A program made the position numbers and the translations under genes. Below the pieces are notes generated by a model, which saw nothing but the letters and a program-made list of their open reading frames with translations, was not told where the DNA came from and did not search any database. This document shows, one piece after another, positions 11,905 through 25,241 of a stretch of DNA of 64,000 bases. This DNA is from Octopus vulgaris. Taxonomy: Eukaryota. Every line of letters begins with the position of its first letter. Within the stretch, counting starts at the first letter, position 1. The DNA is taken from the NCBI GenBank assembly GCA_951406725.2, contig OX597814.1, positions 55,924,001-55,988,000 on the forward strand. The letters run 5' to 3'.

Positions 11905-13975
11905 AACAGTTGGACAGACAGACAGATAACTTTCTTTATTGGCCACACAGGGATAAACATAGAGGGGACAATTACAATGTAGAGTTTTTTTTTCAAAGGG
12001 GTGCAAAAACAAACAAAAATTAAAAAGAAATAGAGACAATGATCAAAAGGGATTGAAATCGTTTGGGATATACAAGAAGTCGAAATAATACAAAAAGTTC
12101 CCCAAAGTGGGGAAGTTCATCCGTGGAAAGAAAAACCTATGAAAATACCACGGTAACCTTGGGCAATAATGTCACATAATAGTACATTTACAAGTAGGTA
12201 ACTCTGTTTTTCCTTTGTTTTTTTTTCCTGTTCATAGGATCATGCTCAAGGTAGCTCTGTCATTCACACGTGCCATCCTTGCTACATTCACCCATCTTTT
12301 ATTGAAACATTCGCTAGACAAAACTTCCCTCTCTACTCTCATCTTCCTTTTCAAGTTGATGAGAGGTTGACCAGAGAGGAAAGTGTTTGTCTCTAGTCCT
12401 TTCAGACGCATCCACCATACACAAGTATGATGAAAATGGCTCTTCCTTCCTTTTTGAAGGAAGGAGGTGAGACAATATTGACAATAGATTCGGCTGATAG
12501 ACCAACTCGTCCCACATGCAACAGCAGTTGTTCAACAGGTTGGAAATGGTTGGACACTGCCTGAGTGTGTGCAGAACAGTTTTGTTGCTTTGGTTGTAAT
12601 GCAGTTGCTCAAGATTGACCCGGGACAGCATAGTTGCTTGAGAGCAATGCAGCACTTCTGGTGGCATTCGCCCTTCCTAGGTCTCTTTTTAATCCATGAC
12701 TGCAGTTAGGTCATGGAGATGAGCTGTGGGAAAGCGCGCTGCATAAATGGCGACTACACCTGTCCACTGTCGTTGATGCAGAGCCGGAGGTGTCGCAGTC
12801 TCAGTGCATGTCTGTGCATCATTAACCACGGCATACCCAGCCCTCCTTTTAGTGGGTGTTGGCAGCAAATGGATTGCCTGACCATCGGAATGTTTCTTTT
12901 CCACAAGAAGCGGAAGAGAATGCATTCCAGTTTGGTGATAGTAGGGTCGGGACAAGGAACAATGGTCAGGCGGTAGTAGATATGGATGCCATGTACGCGT
13001 TCGCCACCTCCGCTTGACCTTTTAGGGACAGTTTCCTCTCAGCCTATTGCCAAGAGAGAGTGACCACCCTACTCATTATCTTGTCCCAGTTCTTCTCCAT
13101 TTGGAGGTCTGGACCAAACCAGACCCCGAGCAACTTAACCAGCCTGTCGGTCTAGCATCCCACTACTGAGGTGCTGTTGGACGGTATGGGCTTGCTTCTC
13201 CAGGTGCCAAGCCGCAAGCCCACTGACTTTTCCTGGTTGATTTTTGCTCCTGTCACCACTTTGTAGTCTTTCAGCATCTACCCTGTCTATGATGTAGCAC
13301 ATCAGATGGAGGTTGTCATGGATTCTCCGGCCCGGCACAGCGCATGTTTGTGCCTTGTCGACCAGTTTCTTGATGACAAGAACCAACCTCTTGGCTAATA
13401 CCTTGGCCAAAATTTTCAAATTTGCATTGAGCCTATCCTCCTTGTTTGGATCTTTCCTCTGATGGTGTTTTTTATTGTCTTTTGTGTTGGAGGCGGTGTA
13501 GGTAGCAAAGTTTTTTTTTTCCAGGTTTTGGTAGTGGCGGTTGTTGTTGCTGTTCTCGTTTTTTTTGCAGCAGATGTACAATCATTTTTAAGATGTGTCT
13601 CGCTGTTGCATATATAACAGTGTGGCCGCCTGCCCTCCATCACTACATACAACTTGTGTTCTGATAATTTAATGTAGGTGGGTATTTTATTGATCAATTG
13701 TTGATCAATTTGGAAAAGAATTTCCAGTTTCTTTCCCACCCAGTTTTGCTGTTCTAAAACAGCAATTTCCAATATATTCACTTCCTCCATTTCGAGGCAT
13801 ATGGCAGATACTATCCATTGCGTCTCTGGAGGCACATTCTTTATGGTCACCTTTGTCATTCTCTGGCCAAGATAACTGGGTGTCATCACCAAGTCATCTG
13901 AATGAAGAGAGAGTGTCGAAAATTGTTTGGCTAGGCTTTCGTTGTGAAAACGCACTTGAACAGTGGCAAATTTAT
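11905..13975 (-). mobile_element. L1/Tx1-clade LINE, internally deleted and degraded
   Basis: ORF1-like segment with CX2CX4HX4C knuckle (CYICNSETHLKNDC); RT pieces LNANLKILAKVLAKRL...QTCAVPGRRIHDNL and VKLLGVWFG; C-terminal TVLHTLRQC; AATAAA at 11935-11940 followed by a (TCTG)n tail. Confidence 0.85.
13416..13975 (-). pseudogene. L1/Tx1 ORF1 remnant (RRM-like region plus CCHC zinc knuckle)
   Basis: ORF track 13416..13991: VTIKNVPPE...VVMEGRRPHCYICNSETHLKNDC; the first residues come from the adjacent SINE. Confidence 0.75.
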
Positions 13976-14315
13976 GTGGTATCTTGAGCAAATGTCTTCT
14001 ACTATAGCTCTGGGCTGACTAAAAGCCTTGTAAGTGAATTCAGTTGAAAGTAGATGAAAGTATCTTGTTATATATCTATTTATGTATATGTGTGTGTATG
14101 TTTGTGTCTTTCCCTTGATGTTGTGTGATAGTTGTAAATGAATGTCACTGTCAATAAAGCAGTGTCCTTTGTTTCCAATATTCTGTGGGGGAAATATTAC
14201 CTTGCTTGGAAACAGGTGAGGAGTGATGGCAGGAAGGGCATCTGATCATAGAAAATCTGCCTCAAGAAACTCTATCAAACCCATACAAGCATGGGGAAGT
14301 AGACATTAAAATGAC
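13975..14315 (+). mobile_element. SINE with family A head and RTE-like 3' tail
   Basis: gtggtatcttgagcaaatgtcttctactatagc head; tail ggcaggaagggcatc...aacccatacaagcatggggaagtagacattaaaatg; same architecture at 28190-28580 and 39352-40050. Confidence 0.75.
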
Positions 14316-16429
14316 ACACACACAAAGTCAGCATTATTTTTACATGTCTTACCATGCTTGCATGGGTTAATGGTTACTTGTATTCATTTAACTATGCTAC
14401 CCACCATTCAGATATTGCTTTACAATCATATTTCCTTTATGACATATTTATTTTCTATCCACTTCAACTTCCAAATTATATTTTCATTATTCAAATCCCT
14501 GACATACTTTTGAAAACATTTTAGATTATTGACTTTCAATTGGTCCTTTTATGGATTGATGACTTTCAGATGTTTTAAACAATGATTTGCAGATTATAAA
14601 AAGTGCTCCTGTAAATAGTGTATGTGTATTTTAGCTCTTACATTTAAATAATTTGAGGTCACAGAAGTATTCAGAAACTACTAACATAAGCTTGAAGTTG
14701 TGTAGTCTTAGTACATAGTACATGTCAAACTTAACATTACCAGATTCAATAGTAGAATGAGCTGGCTATGCTAATAGTCACTTTCAGTAAATTCCTTGTT
14801 CGTATATATAAATAGCCCTCTTGAATTGACAAACATTAAACCAATACTATACTGAGATCAATTCCATTAACTCCATTTATAAAAACTTTATTATTATTAT
14901 GTCTTTTAGTCTATGTTGATTCGACATGCTTCATTGGATTGTTCTGATGGTTAATAGGTAAATGCTATATATTCACACTTAGGTGCTTAAATTTACAAAA
15001 GACATTTGTTTTGCATTGCATTTGTGTGCTGGGGGAAGGGGGAGAAATTAGTTTGTGATTGAATTCAGTTTTACTTTTACCTATTTTCTATGTAGAGATT
15101 ATTCATTAAAATGTGGGTACGTGCTGAAGTAAACTATTTCCTGAGGATATGATATATTTCATTCTGTTTAAGTGTTTTTCTTGGGAGTTTGATTTCTTTT
15201 TTTTTATGACTCAATTCTTTTATAACTATAGCCGGCACTGCTTTTGTTCCTGACTTTATTATTCACACTGTTATGGCCTATTAATTTTTATCAGTAAACG
15301 TTTATATTTAGGCATTTGTTTCAATCTGATTGATGTGTTTTGGGTATATCAGTTAGAGTATGCATTTTCTTTTAATAATGATTATATGGTTATTGTGCTG
15401 TCAGTTTACCATGCAGCATTTCTCAGTACTGTTTGCAATCTTACCCTGCTACTTTTTTCATGTTATACTAGTTTGTCTGTTTATAATATTTATTTGAAAA
15501 TGCCCTAGAATTTGCCAATTGGGCTGCAGTTTCTGTGTGCATAGGCACTGTTGGTCATACAAGCTAGCCGGAATGTTGTTGACTATTTCATCAAATTCTC
15601 TACGTATTTTCTATTCTGCCTTCATAGCCTTTTAAAAGATGTTTCTGGAGCATTAATTTGCAGGAAGCTTACAGAATAAATGAGGTGAGACAGCAACTAA
15701 ATATGAAATGCAATCAACTAATGTTATACAAGATAGGTGATTATGTTAAAAAAGATATATAATGAAAATGGATGATATTTGCTGTATCAGAAAATACTGT
15801 GTACTTATGACCGGAAAAATACTTAAGGAAATTAGATGGGGCTGGAGAAGTTTTACAAGACTAGATCTCAGGATTCCGAGCCTCATAGGTGAGATGATAT
15901 AAAAATTAATTGATGGCAATGTATCTAGCCAACCCATGTCAAGTGTTTTGGGGCAACAGATTGCAGTCCTTTATATTTTTGCTTCTGTATAGTTAGTCTC
16001 AGGTGGATGCTTTTAATAGTTGTTTTTTTTCTTCTGGAATATTTTACCAAGGAGTGGTTTATTCATCATTATTTCTCTCTACATCACATTGTTTTGTTTT
16101 GCTTCTTGTCTTTTATGAGGTGTGTTTCCAGTATTGCCTAATTATCTTCTACCTACGGCTGAACTGTGGCTACATAAATGCTGCTGTTTCTTTACAAAAG
16201 GAATAATGCTTCTCCGTTTTTAACTTTCTATACTAATTGCAACATTATCATTTATTATTTTTTTGTGTAGTTTTCTGCTAGGCATTCATTTCAAAGCATT
16301 TTGTGGCAGATTTATAATTGGCTTTCGCTTGTATTTAATAACTGTCACTAATATTTTTATTTTTGCATGTTTGTTTTTTGCCTTTTTTTCTTCAAACTTT
16401 TGTAATAAAAGAAAAGATCACAATCAATG

Positions 16430-16452
16430 TTATTATTATTATTATTATTATC

Positions 16453-16480
<28 letters not shown>
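16430..16480. repeat. (ATT)n microsatellite
   Basis: Direct reading. Confidence 0.95.
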
Positions 16481-16484
<4 letters not shown>

Positions 16485-16709
16485 CATTACTTTATTTGTC
16501 ACAAGGGTGACAGATAAAGAGACATTACAGGAATAAATAACAAAATGGTGGAGGTTTTCATAGAATTGAGTTTGAAAAAGCAGATATTAAAACAAAAGTA
16601 AGAAAAAAGTTTAAAAGGAAGTTCAATAGGGGACACAGCTATCTTGAGATAGCTGGAGAACAACCACAAATCTTAGATTACTACTCCTTTGCCTACCACA
16701 AAACTCTTT

Positions 16710-17458
16710 TTTTACATTCTGAGTTCAAATCCTGTCATGCTCAACTTAGCTTTCATCCTTTCAGATTTGATAAAATAAAGTATCAGTCAAGCACTGAGGT
16801 TAGTGTAAGCAACTTAAATCAACTTACTGCCTCCCCTCAAAATTGTTGGTTTTGTGCTGGCTTCATTAGCATATCGGACACAAATTGCTTAGCAGTGTTT
16901 CCTCTGTCTTTTACATTCTGAGTTCACATGCTGCTTAGATCAACTTTGCCTTTCATTGTTTTGGGATTAATAAAATAAAGTACCAGTCAAATACTGGGTC
17001 ATTGTAATTGATTTGCTCCCTCTCCTCAAAATTGTTGCCTTGTACCAAAATTTGCAACAATTATTATTATTCAAGCTGGTAGAATTGTTAGTTATATTCT
17101 AAGTTCAAATTCTGCAAAAGTCAACTTCAGCTTTCATCCTTTCAGGGTTGATGAAATAATCACCACTGAGGTCTATGTAATTGACTAATCTCCTCCCCTA
17201 AAATTTCAAGCCTTGTGCTTATAGCAGAAGGGATTATCATTTTTAAGGTGGTCAGCTGGCAGAATTGATAGCATGCCTGGCAAAATACTTAACAGGATTT
17301 TGTCTGTCTTTATGTTCTGACTTCAGATTCTGCTGAGGTTGACTTTGCCTTTCATCCTTTCAGAGTCAGTAAAATAAGTACCAGTTGGGCACTGGGGTTG
17401 ATATAATTGACTACCCTCTTACCCCGAACTTGCTGGCCTTGTGCCAAAATTTAAAACC

Positions 17459-17493
<35 letters not shown>

Positions 17494-17842
17494 GGTTATA
17501 AGGTTGACTTTGTCTTTCATCCTTTTGGGGTTGATAAATTAAGTACCAGTGAAACACTGGAGTTGATGTCATTAGCTAGTCTCCTCCCACAAAATTTCAG
17601 GCCTTGTGCCTATAGTAGAAAGGATTATTATTATTAGGGCAGCAAGCTGGCAGAGTTGTTAACATGCTGGGTGAACTGTGCTTAATGGCATTTTGTCCGT
17701 CTTTGTGTTCTGAGTCACTAAGGTTGACTTCGCCTTTCATCCATTCGGGGTTGATAAATTAAGTACTAGTGAAACACTGGGGGTTGATGTAATCGGTAAG
17801 TTACCTCCCACCCATATTTCAGGTCTTGTTCCTATAATAGAA

Positions 17843-17845
<3 letters not shown>
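16710..17845 (+). mobile_element. head-to-tail cluster of ~6 SINE family B copies
   Basis: The core ctttcatcctt..gg.ttgataaa.taagtacca recurs at ~16750, 16950, 17130, 17350, 17515, 17735, mostly separated by (ATT)n tails; full copy at 17245-17460. Confidence 0.85.
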
Positions 17846-17873
<28 letters not shown>

Positions 17874-17914
17874 CTGTTGCTGTTGCTGTTGTTGTTGTTG
17901 TTGTTGTTGTTGTT
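17844..17914. repeat. (TTG)n/(CTG) microsatellite
   Basis: Direct reading. Confidence 0.95.
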
Positions 17915-18513
17915 GTATAACAACAACAGAATTATTTCACTGAGTTTATGTCTGTAGTTTTGAACTTTACAGATGAGATGACACAGGAGAAAGATATAAG
18001 CATGCAATTTTTCATAATCATCCAGTGTATAGTAGCATGAAAAACAGTTTGTTAAAGCAATAATGATGTTATCGGTTGGTTATTACATCAATACAATTAT
18101 TCAACTCTGTTGTGTTCTTGGATAGATATGTCGGAAGTAGTTTATTTTTCTGTTTTAAGCAGATCAAGAACATGCCATTTTTTAGTTGAGAAAATGCTAA
18201 GCATTTAAATTAATTAGTAATACTAAGTTTGCTTTTTTAAAATATATTATTTGGCATATTATCTATTTTTTTTTTTATTTCCTCATTTCACTTATTATTA
18301 GTGATTTTTTTTGTAAGAAAATGTGCTGTCCATTGTTTCAAATATTAATTTATTTTTTTAATGTAAATAAACTGTTACATTATAATCTGTCCAGATTATG
18401 TTTTCTGTATTAATTATAGGTTCTCACTTCAGTTGTCTTGACTATTTGAATATGTTTTTGTTTCATGGTTCCATGCAGCTACTATAACTTCTGTTTTCTC
18501 TCTATATATATGT

Positions 18514-18922
18514 AGGCACAGGCATGTCTGTGTAGTTAAGCAGTTTGCTTTGCAACCATGTGGTTTTGGGTTCATTTCCACTGTACAGCACCATAAGCAA
18601 ATGTCTTCTACTACAGCCCTGGGTGACCAATCCCTTGTGAGGGAATTTGATAAATGGAAACTTGTGGAAACCCACCACATACATGTGTATATGTGTATCT
18701 CTGTGTATGACTTTGTGTTTATCCCACAGCACTACTTGACAACTGTTGTTAGTTTGTTTGCTTCCTCGCAAGCTTGGCAGTTCGGCAAAAGAGATAGATA
18801 GACTAAGTACTGGACTTAAAAATAAGTAAAAGAGTCAATCTATTTGATTAAAAAGAATACTTCAAGACAGTATGCCAGGATGGCTATAATCCTGGGGTAC
18901 TGAAATAATTCATAGATAAAAG
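18514..18922 (+). mobile_element. SINE family A, older subfamily
   Basis: ggcacaggcatgtctgtgtagttaagcagtttgctttgcaaccatgtgg...gttcggcaaaagaga...aagtactgg. Confidence 0.75.
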
Positions 18923-19133
18923 ACTCAATGGAAATGTTCTATTGTTATACCTGTTTATTGAAGACATATAAATTCTTACTAAGACTTTTGATTTCTAAAG
19001 CTTGCATCAATTCCTATGGCACATAAACATAAGATATCAGTTATACACTGATATCCTATATATTAGGCAAAAAGTTCTATGGTTGTTGCCAAATCTGAGA
19101 AAGTAACATTTAATTCATGATATATATGTATGT

Positions 19134-19451
19134 GAAGGTGCGTGGCTTAGTGGTTAGGGCATTCAAATCATGATTGTAAGGTTGTGAGTTCAATTTCCGG
19201 CAATGTGTTGTGTCCTTGAGCAAGACACTTTATATCACGTTGCTCCAATCCACTCAGCTGGCAAAAATGAGTTGTACCTGTATTTCAAAGGGCCAGCCTT
19301 GTCACACTCTGTGTAATGCTGAATCTCCCTGAGAACTATGTTAAGGGTACACATATCTGTGGATTGCTCAGACACTTGCATGTTTATGAGCAACCTGTTA
19401 CATTGAATGTAGCAGCTGAGACCCTCGTCGTCATAACTGATGGAGTGCTCC
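19134..19451 (+). mobile_element. SINE family C (tRNA head plus CORE-like gtgtccttgagcaagacactt)
   Basis: gaaggtgcgtggcttagtggttagggc A-box, gtgagttcaatt B-box, ttgctccaatccactcagctggcaaaaatgag; tail fragment also at 1845-1930. Confidence 0.8.
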
Positions 19452-19641
19452 TTTTAAATATGTATATATGTGTGTATGTATGTCTGTCTGTCTGTCTGTA
19501 TGTGCGCATATATGTATGTGTGCATGTAAGTATGTGTGTATGCATTTTGTGCTTGTATGTATGTATAAGTAGGTTTATATATGCTTGTATGTATCCATTC
19601 ACTGTTAGACAGTGGTGAGAGAGACACACACATGTACATAC

Positions 19642-19696
<55 letters not shown>

Positions 19697-21612
19697 ACTT
19701 TCGACAGAGTAACAGTCATACATACAGCTTGAACAGACACATATATCAGTACATAAATATACGTTCACATGTACATACACATATACACAGATATGCCTAC
19801 GCACTTACATACCTAAATACTTACATACATACATGTGTATAGGCATGCACGCATGCATACACATACATTCATGCACATATACATAATGTATGCATGCATG
19901 CATACATCATACATACATACATGCATACGTACATACATACATATATACATATCATGAACTAACTGTTACTTTCTCAGATACAGCACGGAATTTTGTCAGT
20001 GAACCGATCGCGGTCTGAAAGCAACAAAAATATTTTGATAAGTTAAATTTAAATGTTGAAGTGAATCTAAAGGGCTTTTTTTTTTTTTTTTTAAATGGCT
20101 TATAAACACCTTCCACACTGCAATTGTTTTTGTTTCAGCACATGATCTCAGATCAGGTCACTTGCTATGCAAGTACATCACAGTAATATATATTGGTTAG
20201 TTATTCTCTTATTTGTGATGTTGTTTGCTCATTTCATTTGAACCGTAGCATAAGTAACACAGGGATTGAACTTATACTTACTAGGTAAATTGCTACACTT
20301 AACGATTGAGACTTAATGCTTGTATTTACTATTCTATTATTCTAGAATGAGAGCAATCAACCTCTGTGTATTTAATAAAGTATTCTGTTTGAAATTCGGA
20401 GTATGTTACTGATTGAATGTTATAGGTACTCAAGGAAGCCTGGAAGGTACAATGCTTAATGTTCTGAGTATAACAAACAAGATGAGGACATTTGTTCAAG
20501 TATGTCAATATATAAAAATGATACGTAATTATTCATCTCAGAAATTCAGACAGTAAGTAAATAAATAAGTAAAAAATAGGTTATATTTATAATAACCTTC
20601 TGTATTAATTAATTCCTTAAATAGAGTGTTAACATTTTCACAAGAACATATGATTTAGAAAGTTTGTTACAAGAAAAATGGTTAGAACTACTTGTATTCA
20701 TTCACTCTTTACTTCAGTTTTTCACTGAAGTAAAACGTTTAATATTTCAAAAATTTTATAGATCTATAAACAGAAATATCAGTCACCGAAAAAACTGGCT
20801 GGCAAAATATTTAATCTTTCTCTTGCAAGATATAGCATTTAAACAGAATTAATAGATATGTTAACATATTTGTCATAGCCTAAACATTTTCAATGAAAGA
20901 CAGCATATTCATTCAATGAGGTATCAGTAAGTTCAATACTTTCATAACATGTAACTTGGTTTGCATAAGTTTCATCATAATAGGAATATTATATGCAATC
21001 ACATAAAAAAAAAACAAATATGTAAGGGAGAAAAAGAATCAAAATTCTATTCACATTTTAATTCAACTTTTTCTGGTTTAGTTTAATTCATTTATCACAT
21101 AATCTTTGATAAAATATTCAGAAAAAGAAAATAATTTGTTCTTTTAAGTTTTAGAATTGATTTTTAATGTATACATGCATGCATGTATGTATGTATGTAT
21201 GTATTATTCATGAAGCTATGTTGTTACATATTTTGTTATCTTCATATTGTTTATATTCAAGTTCAGAATTAATAGGGACAAAAACTGTGCAGTATCTTTC
21301 AATAAAGTTTTCTACATTACCATATTTGGTGGTGTTCTTACCTGGAAAAAAAGAAAAAGAAAACGTATTAAATATTATGAAATAGACAAAAAAAGCAAAA
21401 TACAACAAAATTGCATTATATGATGATTTTATGTCTGCTTTTCCATGCTGACATAGGTTGGAGGAGTATGACAAATATGTTGTGTGGAAATGGTTAAAAA
21501 CAACACAAAGAACATGCTGAATATGGTAGTAGTTATAATGCTTACATGAAAAGATGAGTGTCTTTGACATTTTAGAATGTTAGTCCTTCTCATGAAATAA
21601 AAGGAGATGAAA

Positions 21613-21616
<4 letters not shown>

Positions 21617-21680
<64 letters not shown>
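21617..21680. repeat. (GA)n microsatellite
   Basis: Direct reading. Confidence 0.95.
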
Positions 21681-21685
<5 letters not shown>

Positions 21686-22945
21686 TGTGTATATGAAAAA
21701 CAATAATAATAATACTATACACACAAGGCCTGAAATTTTGTGGGAGGAGGCTTCAATTACATTGACCCCAGTGCTTAATTAGTTCTTTTTACATTAATTA
21801 ACCCCAGAAGAACAGTAGGCAAAGTTGACCTTAGTGGAATAATAATAATGATAGATACAAGTCTTGAAATTGTGGGTTAGAGTGTAAGTCGATTAGGGCA
21901 AACAACACCACCAACAAATTGAAATTTAAGATTTGTATTATGAAGACTGCATTTACTGAGGAATGAATGAAGTTTGTTTACAAAAAAGATATTGAATAAA
22001 TGTGATTTCAACACTTTGTAAATGCTAAAGCAAGAATTTGTTTCACAATAAGTAGACAGATAATGTAAACACAGTATAACTTCAACGAGAGTTATTGTAA
22101 GCATGGTATATATAAGTATCTAAATACCATCTTTGTAGATTGTTTTAAGATCTGTTGTTTACATTCTTGAGTTTTATTTTAAATAACTATCACCACTACA
22201 GAAAATGATGCAAACTCTCAAGTGATACTATGCAAAATATGCTCTTACGAAACTGAGTTCAGTTTAGTTTTAAAAGCATTTAAACATTGATTGAATATAA
22301 AAACAATACCTCCGCCTTCGCTAAGGTGGCAGTAATAATAGCCTTGTCTTCATTTAATTTTTTTCTTTAATTGACTAATTAATATTCTTTTAAAGTTATT
22401 TGAGAAAATTTTATTGTTATTAGAATATTTTCATATTGTAATTTATATATAATTTTATGGTGCTCCAGTATGGCCACAACCTTAGTGCTGAAATGTATAA
22501 AAGAATAACAGAATATATAGGGGAAATGTGGATAAAGAGTCACTGAGGAGATTACAGGATGTGTGACAAAAGAACTTTGACAAAGAAACTAAAATAATGA
22601 TAATAAAGCTGAAGTTCAACTATATAGTGCATGTATTTGACATAATATAACCATCCCCATGTATGACAATATCTGTTTCAACACATGATTTCACATGAAG
22701 AATCTTGTAAAACAAATACATAAATGTGTGCTATCATCATCATCATCATCATCATTGTTTCACATCCACTTTCCATGCTGGTATGGGTTGGACAGCTTGA
22801 CTTAGGACTGGTGAGCCAGAGGCTGCACCAGGCTCAATCTGATCTGGCAAAGTTTCTACTGCTGGATGCCCTTCCTAATGCCAACCACTCTGAGAGCGTA
22901 GTGGGTGCTTTTATGTGCCACCGGCACAAGGGCCAGTCAGACAGA

Positions 22946-24162
22946 TCTTGTCATCCCATAAGTTCTGTCTGAATTTTGAATAAAGATAACAAGTGATCAA
23001 ATGTTATATTTAATTGAAATTTAATCATCAATGTACTTTCCTCAATTATCTTTGACTTCCTTCCATCTATTTACAAGCTTTTTAGTCCCATCAATGTAAA
23101 ACTCTTTTGGTTTCAAAGTGAAGAACTCTGAAATGTCAGTTTTGATCTCCTTCTGGCTTGCGAAAGTTATGCCCCCCCAAATAATTCTGTAAACTATGAA
23201 ATATATGGTAGTCTGAAGGAGCAACGTTGGGAGAATAAGGTGGATGAGGAATTTTTTCCCAACCAAGCTCTTCGAACTTCTGTGATGTGATATTTGCAGT
23301 GTGGGGTCACGCATTGTCCCGATGAAACATCACTCCTCTTCGATTCACTAAAGCGAGTCTTTTTTTCTTCAAAGCTTGGTTCAAACACTCTAATTGCTGA
23401 TAGTAGACTTGAGCATTGATTGTTGCATTAGATGGTAACAATTCAAAGTGAATTACTCCTTTGCAATCCCACCAGATAGAGAGAAGAACCTTTTTCGTAT
23501 GAAGTTCCCTTCTTGGTTGTGGTTGAGCTTTTTCCCTTTTACCAAGCCACTGTTTATGATATTTAACATTTCGATAGAAGTTCCATTTTGCGTCACCAGT
23601 CACAAGTCTATCCAAAAAGGGTGAAATTAATTCATGAGAATGGAGAGAAGAACAGATGTCAGCTCGGAATTTTCGATTGCTTTCGGACTATTCATGAGGC
23701 ACCCATTTTCTGAGGTTAGGAACCTTTCCAAGTTGTTGAAGATGACGATGAACAGTTGTATGGTTTGAACTAAGCTTTATTGCCAATTCTTCAACTGATA
23801 ATGCAGGATTTTCTTCAATTAATGCCTCAAGGAGCTTATCATCAAACTCAACTGGACATCCTGTTTGATCTTCATCTCCACTTCTGAATTTTGCAAACCA
23901 TCTTCTGCAAGTTCTTTCATTCAAGCATTCATTCCCATAAACTAAGTGTATGTTTCTAGTCACTTTGGCTGCTTCCATGCTAGAAAGGGTTTTAATCAAA
24001 GAAATTTTAATTCTATTATTTTGTAAAATAATATTTAATTAGTTTAAATGTACACAAATGCGTATAAACAATTTTTAATTCCATTAGACATTCTAAAATA
24101 TTATTAAATTTCATTCAGTTTTAAAAAAGGTAAAATTGGACAGAACTTGTGGGATGATCTGA
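22946..24162 (-). mobile_element. mariner (DD34D-type) DNA transposon, inactive
   Basis: TIRs tcatcccataagttctgtc / gacagaacttgtgggatga; transposase pieces with HTH, WVPHE, LVTGDAKW, FHRDNA and HPPYSPNVAPSDYH motifs across frameshifts and stops; TA at the right end. Confidence 0.92.
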
Positions 24163-24227
24163 TATATATATTTATACACATACATACATATATGTATATA
24201 TATATATGTGTGTGTGTGTGTCTGTGT

Positions 24228-24520
24228 GAAGGTGTGTAGCCTACTGTTTAGGCTGTTGTACTTAAGATTACTTAAGATTGTTGTACTTAAGGTTTCAAAT
24301 TACAGACAAGCAGTGCATTGTGTTCTAAAGCAAAACACTTCATTTCATGTTGCTCCAGTCTGCTCAGCTGTAAATGGGTAACCCTGTGAGGGACCAGCAT
24401 TCTGTTCTGGGGAACTTCAGCCTACCTGCCTAGCCACTAGGTGTTGGAAGCTCCAACAATGTCGGAAAGCACATTGTGACCAGCAGTGTCTAACATCTGA
24501 TAGTCTAGTCAATCTAGTGA
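24228..24520 (+). mobile_element. SINE with family C head and alternative tail
   Basis: Head as at 19134; tail acaatg..aagcacattgtgaccagc..aacatctgatag shared with 51690-51760. Confidence 0.7.
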
Positions 24521-25241
24521 TGTCATTATTATATATGTAAAATATTTTATAATAATGTTGTCATCATCATCATATTTTCATTCAAAATTTTTTTTTCTAT
24601 CTAACGGATATTTTTGCAAAATTTGTCTCTAAATTTAATTTTAATGTTTGTTATATGATTATAAAGTTAGAAAAATTCAATATATCTGTGTGCCTCAAGG
24701 GAGATGAATGTAATATTTTCAAGCAGTGTTAGAATTTACCTCAGCTCACAGTACACAAACTTATTGAATTTTATAAACTTTATAAACTAATTCTTGCCAT
24801 TGAAAACCATTGCTATTTTCCTTGAAATTCTCTTAAAATCTTTATCTTTGGCTAACTTCTATAGATGTTATTAATTTCAACTGTTACCAAGCTTCACACT
24901 TCTCTATCTCTGCTGTAGCTTTTGTTAAAGCCCTGTCACCATTTACACCATCATTTTTATGTTTATTTTTCCCTGGCTACATGGGTCAGATGAATGTTGA
25001 TGTAGATTATTTTCTATTGCCAGATGCTCCTCCTGCTCCTAAACCCCTCCTGCTTCTAGAGTAGGTAATATTTCCACTTGCTCTTCAAATAGCAAAGGCC
25101 AAACATACTTTTGTGACAGTAACTTTTGTTTACAATTAATGCTCACATGTCAAGATGAGGGAAAAACACAGGAATACACTCATTCATATACACACAAACA
25201 TATACAAACATGTATATACATACATAATGCATCCATCTATT

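Noticed and set aside
16710-17845. Regularly recurring motif resembling a repeat-spacer array
   Set aside because: Eukaryotic SINE copies of variable length; no identical repeats, unique spacers or cas genes.
19960-20190. CpG-containing segment that looks like a DNA-transposon end
   Set aside because: No partner TIR or second copy found in the window, so it cannot be supported.
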